Both the position numbers and the translations under genes were made by a program. Below, one piece after another: positions 51,511 to 62,689 of a stretch of 64,000 nt of DNA. The stretch's first letter is position 1. Each line of letters opens with the position of its first letter. Source of the stretch: Paraspadella gotoi (Eukaryota; Animalia; Chaetognatha); contig CM119267.1 of NCBI GenBank assembly GCA_051294375.1, forward strand, positions 22,073,486 through 22,137,485, given 5' to 3'. Under the pieces are notes generated by a model. It was not told the DNA's origin. It did not search any database and worked only from the letters and a program-made list of their open reading frames with translations.

Positions 51511-51901
51511 TTTCTCTTTGCAAATAAAAATCCCACTTCGTATTTAAGGCCCTAAAATATTAATTATTTCTGAAAAAGAAAGAAAAATTCTTGAATAAAT
51601 AAATTAAAAAATGACAGCGTTGGTTTTTTTTCCTCTTTTTTTTTTAAAGCCGCGTGAGCTCAGTATAAGTTTTTATTGTCACGAACAAAAAAAAGCATAG
51701 CCGCGAATTTTTTCCCCCGTTGTTAGACTAGTCAAGAAATGAACAACATTTAGTGAAAAGGAAGAGTAAAATCGGGACAAGGGACAACAAATTCGGAAAC
51801 GGAGCCACTTCGCGGAACGACAAGCAATATTTAAAAAAAAAAAAAAAAAACTGGGTGAAGAACGATCCGTATTTAGGAGCGGTGCGCGGAAGCCACAACG
51901 A

Positions 51902-52574
51902 CTACTTGGCACCCTCGACGGTCCGTTGTTGCTCTTGCATCTTTTGGATTTTAAGCTGGAGAGTTTCGTCGACCTTTTGCTTGGCCAACACCTTCTGTTT
52001 GAGGTAGCCCTGGATCGTCTCCATCTGTTTCCCGATAAAGTCGATCTTTCTCTGGAAATACTCGGCAGCCTCCTTTCGATCTTTCTGCACGAAGTAGCCG
52101 GTTCCAATGTCGAGGAGGAGGCAATCGGGGTCCTTGAGTTTGCCGGGAACGTAGAGGGAGCTGGTCATGGGTACCATGATTTCGTGGCCTGGAATTAAAA
52201 AAAGAAGCGTTTGGTTATCTCCACAAAAATATCTCGTTTCATTCGGTGTAGTTTATTTATCAAGCGACTTGCCGTCGTCGATGTTGTCGCTCAACTTGGC
52301 CACACTCTGGAGGGATTCCTGAAATTTGACGGTAGCGATTCTCAGCTGCTGCATAGACGTCGTGAAAAGTTCAAGTTCTCCCTGCAGCTGATCCTTCAAT
52401 TGCGACAACTGCATGACGTTTAACGACGCTATCTCAATCATTTGTTGACCCGCCTGAGGGGAAAATGAGCGGGGAGAATCAGTAGATTTAAAATTTAGTA
52501 ATATAAATGATTGAATAAGTTTAAAAGCATGTTATAATTTCGCAATTCACCTCGTTTTTTTTAATTTCCGCCAT
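51902..52574 (-). CDS. PFDN5: Prefoldin subunit 5
   Basis: LNVMQLSQLKDQL; IMVPMTSSLYVPGKL; LLDIGTGYFVQK; three exons. Confidence 0.95.
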
Positions 52575-52747
52575 TGTTCGAACGACCAACGTTTCACAAT
52601 ATCTGAGAGACTATTTATGCAAGAAAAAAACGCATAAAAATAAAAAGGATAAAAATGATTAGAATCGAAGGGAATGGGCCGATGAATGGAGTATGCAAGT
52701 ATGATGGAATTAAAACAGAACGGGAACGAGAGACAAAGTGAAATAAA

Positions 52748-54077
52748 TCACATTTTTTCGTAGGTGAGAACGTGGTGACAAGTTTTGCAAGTCTTCCTAT
52801 ACTCGTCGGCGTCCTCGTCGTACTCTTCTTCGCCGTACTCGTGCTGATGAGGACCCAAGTCTTTAGTGAAGAGAGAGGACCTCACCTTCCTCCTCAGTTC
52901 CTTCACTTTTTTGTCGAATTTCTTTTGTCGAGTCTTTTGTCTCGCTTCGTCGCGTTGGTCGTGTTTCGACTCCAGCGCCTCTTCAGAGCCGTGAACCTCC
53001 ATCGCGCGGTCATAGACCTTCATTACATTGTAATTGAGCGCAATAACTAATCAATCAAATTAAAATTAAAACGCACATCAGTGCTCCCTAACCTGCGAAT
53101 GAAGAAAAAGCTTCATATCGCCCCATCTGGAGTTGTGAGGATTCTTCCGCAAGATGAACCGAAGCGGCGGCTCGCGGACGTCGAAGTCTTCGTCCTTAAG
53201 AAGGTATTCGTTTTTGGAGTCGGTCTTCGTGATCAGACGGTGAGCGTCTTCGTTGTCTAAGAACATTCAATTTTAAAATATTATAATATTTAAGTATAAA
53301 AAAACTTTAGCAGTATTCAAAATTAACTAGTAACCTCGGCACGCATCGCACACGTGGCAGTCGAAATGCTCGAGCAGAAAGGAGTCTACGAATGGTTTGC
53401 CGCATTCGCTGCAGCGGATCTTGTCGTCGGTCGGCAAATGATCTTGCAAGATGGCCCCGGGTTTTTTCTTCAATTCTTGGCTCGACTAAAATAAAATTCA
53501 ATACTACTGAGTTTTACACTCATTCACTCAGACATTGACATTGAAATATGATAGGATTTTCCCCCCTCACCTCATCCTCTTCCTCCCCTCCCTCTTCCTC
53601 CTCGATCAAAAACCCGCCTCCGCTGTCGACGATCCGGCTGATCTTCTCGGCGATTTTGGCGCCGGAGAAACCAGACTCGGCGCTTCCATTCGGCAACGTC
53701 GGCATCTTAGCTAGGCGCGCCTGCTTGAGCAGAAGCGCTCTCTGCCTATTCCGCTCGATCTTTGCGCGTTGAGCGTCGGAGAGTCGCGGCTGCGCGGGTT
53801 CCGGCTTTATCTCGATCACATTGTCAGCACCGGACGACGTTGCCGCAACTTCGGCGGCGCTCCCAACCCCCTCGTCGTCGTCCGATTTGGGTTCGACTTT
53901 GGCATCGATCAGTGGCGCCGCGTCGCCAGAGAATCTGGACAAAGATCCTCGTTTAGAGCGGAACTTGTCCAACAGAGTCGATTTGATCTGAGAAGGTTTC
54001 GAAGATTTCGGCGGGGAGACGTCCGAGTCGTCATCGTCCACTTCTTCATTCAGACGGCGTCGAGATGTTTTATTCAT
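52748..54077 (-). CDS. XPA: DNA repair protein XPA
   Basis: [11 protein letters not shown]; [12 protein letters not shown]; CSEC...CDAC zinc finger; [15 protein letters not shown]; [14 protein letters not shown]; CKTC...YEKM*; four exons. Confidence 0.96.
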
Positions 54078-54219
54078 AATTCATCGCTATTTAAGCTACG
54101 ATAAAACGGATAAAAAATAAACAATGTATTGGCGTAAAACCCGCTATATAAACCAACGTTATGTTGAAGAAAAAACAATCACATTGCTATCACAGTGCAC
54201 GAAATTGTATCGATCTTTT

Positions 54220-56597
54220 TCACCAACGAACATTCTTCTCCAACATGCCAGCGAGGGTTGTCGACAACACGTAGGGAATCAAGCACATGAGGAACCCGTC
54301 CAAGGGGCGCAAAATGCTTCGGATGGCCTTCACGGCGGCTTGGAGCCCATACCGGTCAGGCACGCGACCCGACGGCCCGTTAATGATCCCGGTCTTGGCG
54401 AGGAACTGAAGCAACCCCGGGTCTTTCGCGTCAACGATGGGATAATAAGGAGAATCGGGGAAGCGCTCCCAGTATCGCCCCTCGTGATGAGAAGAGTTGG
54501 TGAAGCGGAAGCGATGAAGAGTGGCGCGGAGGTAGCGAGGGGGTTTGTCGAGAAAAGGGTAAGAGTCGCGGTCCAGGAGATCTAACACTTCCGGTTGGTT
54601 GATGAGGATGCGATACATCAGGTTGCGGAACCACTGGTTGTGTTGATAGGAACTAGCGGATTTTTAAAACGGGAGGATAAACGAGGAAGATATACAAAGC
54701 AGAGAATAAAATATACAAGATTTTCAGTAGACTACGATCTGGTTAAACCCACTTACCCTAGAGCGGCGAACCACATCTGCCAATCCAGCCTAGGTTGATG
54801 GGGCGCCACCCAAGGCGGCCTTCGCATGGCATTTCCCGGTTTGTAAGGGAATTCGATTTCGCGCCATCGCGTTTTCTCAGAAACGCGCTCTTCGTTTGTT
54901 CCCTCTATCACGACTTCCGGCCGGCCCTCCACGCCCGTCATGCGCCTGAAGAGGCCGTAGGAAGAAGCGAGATGGAAGGGCGCCGTGCGCGAGTGAAGGC
55001 GACGAAGGGCCGACGGGACGACGTGGTTAGCGCGGTCGTCGACGACCGCATGGGGAACGAGGGAGACGCTGAAGAGGGTGGCGGCCAAGAAGCAGTGACA
55101 GAGAATCTTAAAACGAGGAAAAGGGAGGGGGGGGAGAGAATTGGAAAAAGAGAATTTCTTACGATCGTCAATGACGATCAGGCAGCAGCAAAAATCTTAC
55201 CGTAATAATGGAGAAGACCCGTGTCGATTTCCTCAACATTCCTCGAGAAACAGATACATCGGTTCCCTGTCTCCTCGCCGCTCTCCGGCGACCGTCGACG
55301 CCTCCATCTCTGCCACTCCTTTCTATTTCCTCGCTACCTTTCCCAGACGCCACTCCGCGAGTCGCCTTATAAATCTCAGTCGCCAACGAGGCCACGCCCA
55401 TCAAGACGGAGAAGGGAATCGCCGACCTGAGCGTCGCTAAGAAATCGGGTTGTCCGAAGTTGATTTGGGAATCGACGATCGGAAAGATCGAGTCGGGCGA
55501 AGGAAACTTCAAGCGCAGACGGAAGAACTTGATGGTGTAGGCGAGAAGGAGAGAGTAGACGGCGACAGAGGCGTATGGGTGGAAGATGGGACGGAGGGTG
55601 GCAGACATGCGGGTGAAGAAGCCAGGCGTATTCTCGACCTTTTTCTTTTTTCCCTTGCCGAAAAACTCGTCGTCGAGCAGCGACAGGCAGAGGGTCATCG
55701 TCAGCAGGTTAAAAAAGTTATAGTTGCCCGTGAGGAAGATGGCGACTTGAAGAAACATCTGACACCAAAAGGCGAAGAGGCGAAGGTTGCGTACGGGGAG
55801 AAAGAAGAGAAAAGGAACTGCGATCTCGATAAAGTAGGTGATTACGACGCTGAGACGCTGAAACCACTCCGGGAGTTGATGGGACCACCAAGCCAAAGGC
55901 GTAGGGATACACTGGGTTTCATAGTGGTAGTTGAGGGCAGTCAGGGACCACCAGGTCGGGCAGAGACTCGTCAGCTTGACGACGCCGGAAGCGAACATGA
56001 GGCGGAAAAGAAGCCAGCGTAAGAGCCAAAAGAAAACGGGAGATTCGGCCGGAATGTGAGTGGGCGCAGGGGCGCGAAAAACGAAGTAGTGAGGAGCGGC
56101 GAACATGGTTAAAAAGCCGGCCTCGAGCAACAGGATGTCCCATTGGAACCAGAGGAAGACTTGGCCAGCTTGGAAGACGGAAAAGTAAAGGATCCAGAGT
56201 GAGAGGTAGCTGGCTTTTGACCGTCGGATAGGCGGTATCACTATGTTCATGACGGCCAAGACTATGCCCACGAGACAGAGCAGCTCGAGGCAGGTCGAGG
56301 GGTCGAGGCCAACTTGGGTCAAGGCGGCCACCATGGCGGGGTAGGCGCTGCGTCGGAAATAAAGACAGAATGAGAATGAATAGACAAATGGAAAAAGTCA
56401 TTTCCGCTCGTAACTTACTCGTCTTGACCGGAAGCTTTGGCGCGAATACCTTGCACCCTCATGAACAAATGCGCCGGCAGGACGCCATTGGGTCCGTAAA
56501 GCCCGGGGATTTGATGATAGAGGGAGGCGAAAGCGAACAAATAAATGATCGATATGCAATAAAGGTAGAAGTCCAGGACGTAAGCGATGGAGCCCAT
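54220..56597 (-). CDS. LMF2: Lipase maturation factor 2
   Basis: [14 protein letters not shown]; [16 protein letters not shown]; [16 protein letters not shown]; [10 protein letters not shown]; [11 protein letters not shown]; [17 protein letters not shown]. Confidence 0.93.
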
Positions 56598-56840
56598 TCT
56601 TTATCCTTTCGGAATATTACGACAGCTACGAATTGCCAAATAAAAAAAAGTGGCGGATTGAGTTGTTTTGAGATCCTTTTTATTCAGGACGAAAAAGGTT
56701 CGCATTCAGTCCTTTTTTTTATAGAGCATAAAAACTTTGAACAATCGTAGTTTTCCGTTGTTTTAATTGTTTTTTTTTTTTAACGAGTTAATAAATAAAT
56801 AGTAACAAAAAAATCCCTAACAATTAACGAGATGTTCGAG

Positions 56841-59800
56841 TCAAGAGGCGGTAAGTTCGACGGGAAAATCGTCCAGGTAATGTCGACTTCCGACGATGGA
56901 AGTGGAGACGAGCGGAATTCCGAAGAGAGTCTGAGAGGTGGCGTCGGCGACGTCGACGACGACGTAGGATCCAGGCTGAGGGACGGATTCCACTTCGCCC
57001 GCCTCGTCGGGAATCGGAACCTGGGGTGGCGGGGAAATGAAAATAAAATTAAATTAATTATATGATTTTTTAAAAATATTATTGACTTAAAAACATTTAT
57101 AAATGATATGCATATCGTGATATGTTATGATAATCTCATTTGAGCTTCCTAAACGTCTAAAGACCGAATTACAACTTACCCGCGGAAAAACGACTTTAGT
57201 AAATCCGTCGTTTCGCCCGACGAGGGCGTCGGCGGAACGCTTGCTTCTTCCTTCGACGAGAACCAAATGCTTCTCTCCGATTTGTCCGCGATTGATCTGA
57301 GGTGAAAATCCAAATTACTTTACACATAAGACACATGAAATTGGTACAACAAATATGTATTGAGTGTTAATTAATAATTATGTAAGAAATGACAAAGTCG
57401 CTAACCTTAAGACTCTCTTCGCGATATGCGGCCGTAAGTTCAAGATGACGTCTTTTCTTAACTTCTTCCGACACATCGTCGTTGAGCCTATTTAAAATAG
57501 GAAATGTTTTACTATCAACCATAATACGTAGCTAATAAACATTAGAGTGTGGCGGTATATTCACACCGCCTCATGTCCACCATCCTTCAGCCAAATCCAT
57601 TGGCTCAGAGGGGGAACACACCATCCCAGGCGTAGTGTTCCATCCACAGTCCTAACGACTTCCCTCTGCGTTGGCAAAACGAGACCGTCCTAGGGTAACC
57701 GCGCCAGTCACTGAGGGTCGGAAGCCCCCAAAGCCAACAGTGAGATGCCCCATCCCAATGGGCATCACAGGCAACCCGGCTGTTGCCATAAGAGAATAAT
57801 AAAAAAATTTTCTGCCTGGACTAGGACCTGCGATGCGCTCCGGTCTTCTCCCGCATCGAATAGGGAAACGTAAAGCAAAACGAATAACCGACTCGTTTTA
57901 TGAGATCGACCGTTTCGAGGTGCGCGGCTTCCGTCTCGCCGCAAAAACCGGCGATGAAGTCAGACGAGAGACTTTGGGGAAGAAAGAAAAAGAATTTACC
58001 GTTACTTTCTTAAAGTCCGAATCATTATCTTTTTCCTAAAAAGCACTCGATACACACACACCTGACGTCCGGAATCTTCCGTCGAATATCCTCCACCAGC
58101 CGCAGATACGCGTCCCTGGTGTAGCCGCGTCGCATGTTCTCCAAGACCTTGTCGTTGCCACTTTGCGCAGGAAGGTGGATGTAATTGCAGACGTTGTCCC
58201 GCTCCTGGATGATGTCGAGGAGTTCTGCCGGAAAATCCTTGGGGTGAGGGGATGTGAAGCGGACGCGCATCTCGGGGTCGACGGCGGAGACTTGATCGAG
58301 AAGATCGGCGAAGCGGAGTCCGCCTCGTTTCGGTTTGTAGACTGGATAAAGGTAAAACTGTTTACTATTACGTAATGCTGTAATGCATTACACACAATTT
58401 CACTTAACATGAAGCGAAATTAAAAGTCGTGCTACCAGTGTCCAGATCAAAAATGGTGAATATTTTAAAATAAAATTAAACTGAAAATCAATGACTACAT
58501 TCTCCTCTCACCGGTCCGGAACCCGTCGTTACTGAGCCTCGTCAAATCTGTCGTCGGCCCCGACGTTTCCCCAACGTCTCGATAGCTGTTGACGTTCTGA
58601 CCAAGGAGAGTGACCTCTTTGACGCCGCGGTCGCGCAGCGCCTTCACCTCCTCGACGATGGAGGCGATGGGCCTGCTACGCTCGCGACCCCTCGTAAAGG
58701 GCACGATGCAGTAGGAGCACATGTTGTCGCAACCGCGCATGATGGAGACAAAGGCTGAGATGCCGGTCTCGTCGAGTCGGACAGGCATCACGTCCGCATA
58801 AGTCTCGTCGAGGGAGAGGAGTACGTTGATGCCCGCGTGGCCGGAAGGGATTGAGGCCAGCATGCGGGGCAGGTCGCGGTAGGCGTCGGGGCCGCAGACC
58901 TGAGATAGACAAAAAAAAAGATATATTTGGGTGATAAGTTTATAAATAAAATTAGAAATGTATATGTTACATAACTATTAAATAGTGATTTTTTTGCTTA
59001 ATTTTGCTCCGATTAATTACAGTAAAAGTTTATTATTAAAGCTCGTATAATTTTTTTTAAAGACAAATTGTCGGGAAGAAACTTTCGTGAAGATTCATCA
59101 TCGGACTTTTATTCATTTGAATATTAATTCATTGACATTTCACCACGTGTCTATTCATTTATTATTCATTGATTGATATTTATTATTCAATGTCTTTCCT
59201 TTCCTTTCACAAGAATAATTAAAGTAATAAACTAGCAATTATGACAATTAAATCATTAATTATGTAGCTATTAATTGAACCACAAATAAACATGATAATT
59301 TACTAATGTAAAATATTAGTGATAATCCTTTCGTTTGTTGTTTGAAATAGACTAAAGGAAAAACGAAATAATAATATTAAACTTTTAAGGTAATAGAATA
59401 AAAATTTATCAAAGCTTAATCAGAATACGACAATATGCAAATGAGATTGAGGAACTCAATCTCATTTCAGACAATTCACAAATTAATCTGCTACATCATG
59501 AGTTATTAATGATTATAGGAGAGGTGTTGGGTTACTGATAGGTTATGTGGTTCATGATCATTGTGTTTCTCTTCTGATCTATTACAGTGTAGATTCCAGG
59601 ATGCACTGTCAATGCACGGCCGCCCGTGATCAATCATTCCCTGGTTGGAACGAGACATTCTGCCACGCCTTGACTTTTAGTGACACTCCTTTGGTCACTC
59701 CACACTCATCATTACCCGTTAGGGGGTACGCAGGATTCGCCCCCTAACAAAATGAACTCCCACTCCCTTACCACGTCAACGATTTTGGTCTCCTCCACAA

Positions 59801-60468
59801 GTCGAGTCTTGAGACGCTCGGCCATGCAGCCGAGCACGCCGAGCTGAAGGTCAGGCCTACTGCGCTTGAGTTTCTCCAGCGCCGACAAGCGCTTCCAGAT
59901 TTTTTGCTCGGCGCCTTCGCGGATGGCGCAGGTGACCACGAATATAACGTCCGCCGACGACGCCGAGTCTGTTTTGACGTAACCGTTGTCTCTGAGAATG
60001 GACCTGGACATGAGATATTAAATTCCGTTTATTTTTAAAATTCGCGCAGATTTAAATTTAAAGACAAATTTGGACTCTGATAATCTTTTAACTTTAAAAA
60101 AAAAAAAGTTATAAAGCATCATACTCGTTTTTCACTCACCAAACTATCTCCGTGTCGCTGACGTTCATCTGACATCCGTAAGTCTCGAGGTAAACTCTGC
60201 GTCCGTTGCCATGGTAGCTAGAGCGATCAAGGTAAGGAACAGCGGTGGAGGATATAGACAATGAGTCAGTTTCGAGAGAAGTAGATGGAGATTTGTTCGC
60301 GAGGAAATACTCGAGCGAAGGTCCGTCCTTAACTTTCGAAAAGTCGATGATCCTCTTCGCAGATTCGACACTCGTCTCGCTACGCCACCTTTTTCTCCAG
60401 GTCGTCCAAGCGCCATAGTTGCCGCTTCGGAGAAAGTTTCGGCCGAGTCTTGACAATGTTCGAGACAT
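56841..60468 (-). CDS. CDK5RAP1: Mitochondrial tRNA methylthiotransferase (MiaB family)
   Basis: [13 protein letters not shown]; TCAIRE; LGCMAERL; radical-SAM CDNMCSYC; LLGQNVNSY; RFTSPHPKD; HLPAQSG; C-terminal TRAM domain. Confidence 0.95.
57548..57790 (+). mobile_element. Solo-LTR-like repeat, copy 3 (243 bp, perfect AGAG TSD)
   Basis: AGAG|TGTGGC...GCCATA|AGAG; nearly identical to 25340-25595 apart from a short internal deletion. Confidence 0.85.
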
Positions 60469-60567
60469 CTCGCGGCTAACTCAGTTACTGCGTTTAGTAT
60501 TCTTAGTTACTAGTTAGTAAAACAACCGCAAAGAATAAATAAACGCGAATCGAATAAATAAACGTCG

Positions 60568-61234
60568 CTAACGGGTCAAAATTTCAAGAACCTCCGTCAC
60601 CAAGTTGTCCCTGTTTCCGGTGGTGACATCGAAGAGGACCACGTCCTTTCTTCTCCTCACCGCCTCCACGAATGGAATCGGCTTTCGACTCTGAATCGGT
60701 AGAGTAGCGACGACGACCGTGTTCGAAGAGTCCAACAGTCTCCTCACGGCGCCTTCAAAATTTCGGGAAAACAATTCCATTTTGCCGATTTCGTCGACGA
60801 TGACGATGCCGTCTGACGTTGCGGCGCCGCTCGAAGCGAGACGCGGTAGAGCGGCGCTTTCGAAGGACGCCACGTCGACGACGTAACGTCCGACGCGCGG
60901 TCGACGATCGGACGGGGAATCGTCTCCGAGGCGGGCGAGGGGAGAGGGAAGACCTCGATGCCAAAAACGGGGCAAAATTTGGGTCGAAACATTTTAGCGC
61001 GCGCATAAATTAATTTCGCTCTCTAACAAAACCTGATGGTAATGGGACAACGTCGAATCCGATTCGCTTACCGCCCCCCTCTCGCTCTCTCCTCTCGATG
61101 GTGTAAAAGCCTGACAAGTTAATCGACTTTTCTTTTAAACGATCGCAGATTTTGCGAACGAGAGTCGTTTTTCCTATTCCGGGAGGACCAGTTAATGCCA
61201 CGTGCCTTTTGGCGTGGACGGTCGAGGCGGCCAT
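60568..61234 (-). CDS. NTPCR: Cancer-related nucleoside triphosphatase (THEP1 family)
   Basis: LTGPPGIGKTTL; GFYT; RIGFDVV; VGRYVVD; VDEIGKMELFS; two exons. Confidence 0.93.
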
Positions 61235-61321
61235 CTTTGCTTTAGAATAATCGAAAGCTCATAAGAACGGCGAATAAAATTAACAGTTTGATGCACGAGG
61301 TAAAATTAAATTATCTGAATA

Positions 61322-62368
61322 TCATCCGGTGTCCGCAAATTTCACTTCCTCCTCCTCCTCCTCCTTAACTTCCTTCTCCCTACTCTTCTCTCGCCTCTCG
61401 ATCTCCGCGTCCACCTTCACCAAATACTCGAGCATCTTTTCCTCGTAGACTTCCGGGCAAGTGACGGCGTGCTTGGCGTGTGGACTGTCAAGAAATTGGA
61501 CACTCTCCACATCCATGCCCATGTCGTTCTTCCAATAAGTCGCGATTCGAGCGAAACGATCCGCGTCGATGAATTCGTCCGCGTCGGAGAAAAAGTTGAG
61601 CGTCGGGACTCGCGCCGGACGATGGATGAAGGCGTCGATGTAGGAGTCCATAAATTCGAGGAAAGTCGGCGACATCGAATAGTATCCGTTGATGACGGCC
61701 GACAGGGGTGAACGAAAGACGGGCGAGACGGTCGACTTGAGGAGGGCCTCCACCATGATCGGCAGGCCTTCCTTGGCCGAGCCAACGTAGATTGGACTGT
61801 CGAAGACTTGGCCGACAATTAGATCTTTGTAAAAGGGCAAGTGGGTATGCCTGGGAAAAAATATAAATGAAATTAACGATGTATGCACTATACAGGTAAT
61901 CGTGAAATTGTGAAATCAAAATACTTGTAGACAATAACAACTGCAATCTTTCTAATTTCAGCCGAATATAAATATTATACGTAATTACATGGGATTTTCG
62001 CTCGGTTCGTCCTTCTTGAGTTGAATAGCGTGGAGGAAACATCCGATGGAAATTCCATGGATGAGAAGATGATCTTTAGCAGGATCGAGGGCTTCTCGAA
62101 GCATCATCCGACTTCCCGAGACCGTGTATATACCCTTGACGGCTGAGGCAAAGTCGAGAGGCCTTCCCCGCAGCAGCACCACGTTGAGGGGTCGCTCCGT
62201 CCTACGATAATGCTGCTCGTAAAAACGCAAATATTTTTCGTCGTGCTTCGGTTGGCATCCCACAAAAGGGAGAAAAAAGAGAGTCACTGGACGCGATAGT
62301 TGGGGAACGGGCCAAGTAGAAGACAAAAGGTCTAGGCGTCGCGAGAGTTTAGCGAGTTGAAACGACAT
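61322..62368 (-). CDS. TMEM53/DUF829-like alpha/beta-fold protein
   Basis: FVGCQPKHDEKY; LLIHGISIG; IVGQVFDSP; PTLNFFSDAD; FLDSPHAKH; two exons. Confidence 0.7.
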
Positions 62369-62689
62369 TCCCGCTAAGTGAGCTCGTTAAGCCTGAACGG
62401 TGAATCAAATAACAGTAATAAATTCATTGATTTATTTAAAAAGAATTTTTCGTCCCGCGAACGTCGACACGATTACGAAGATGAAATTTAACGAATGTAA
62501 ATTGTAGAAAAAATTAACGAATTACCAAAAACCTGGTAAAAATATAGAAAAAATTTGGCGGAAAAAACACGAATTAAAAAATTCGAAGAGAACTCAAAGA
62601 AACACAGGACACTCGCCTGTGAGAAATAAACTAATCTACGCCCACGTAACAATAACAATAAATAAATAAATTATCGCGCAACGATCGTA

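Noticed and set aside
59590-59750. Possible intronic C/D snoRNA (ATGATGA next to a 9-bp hairpin) in CDK5RAP1
   Set aside because: No box D (CTGA) or terminal stem found at a suitable distance.
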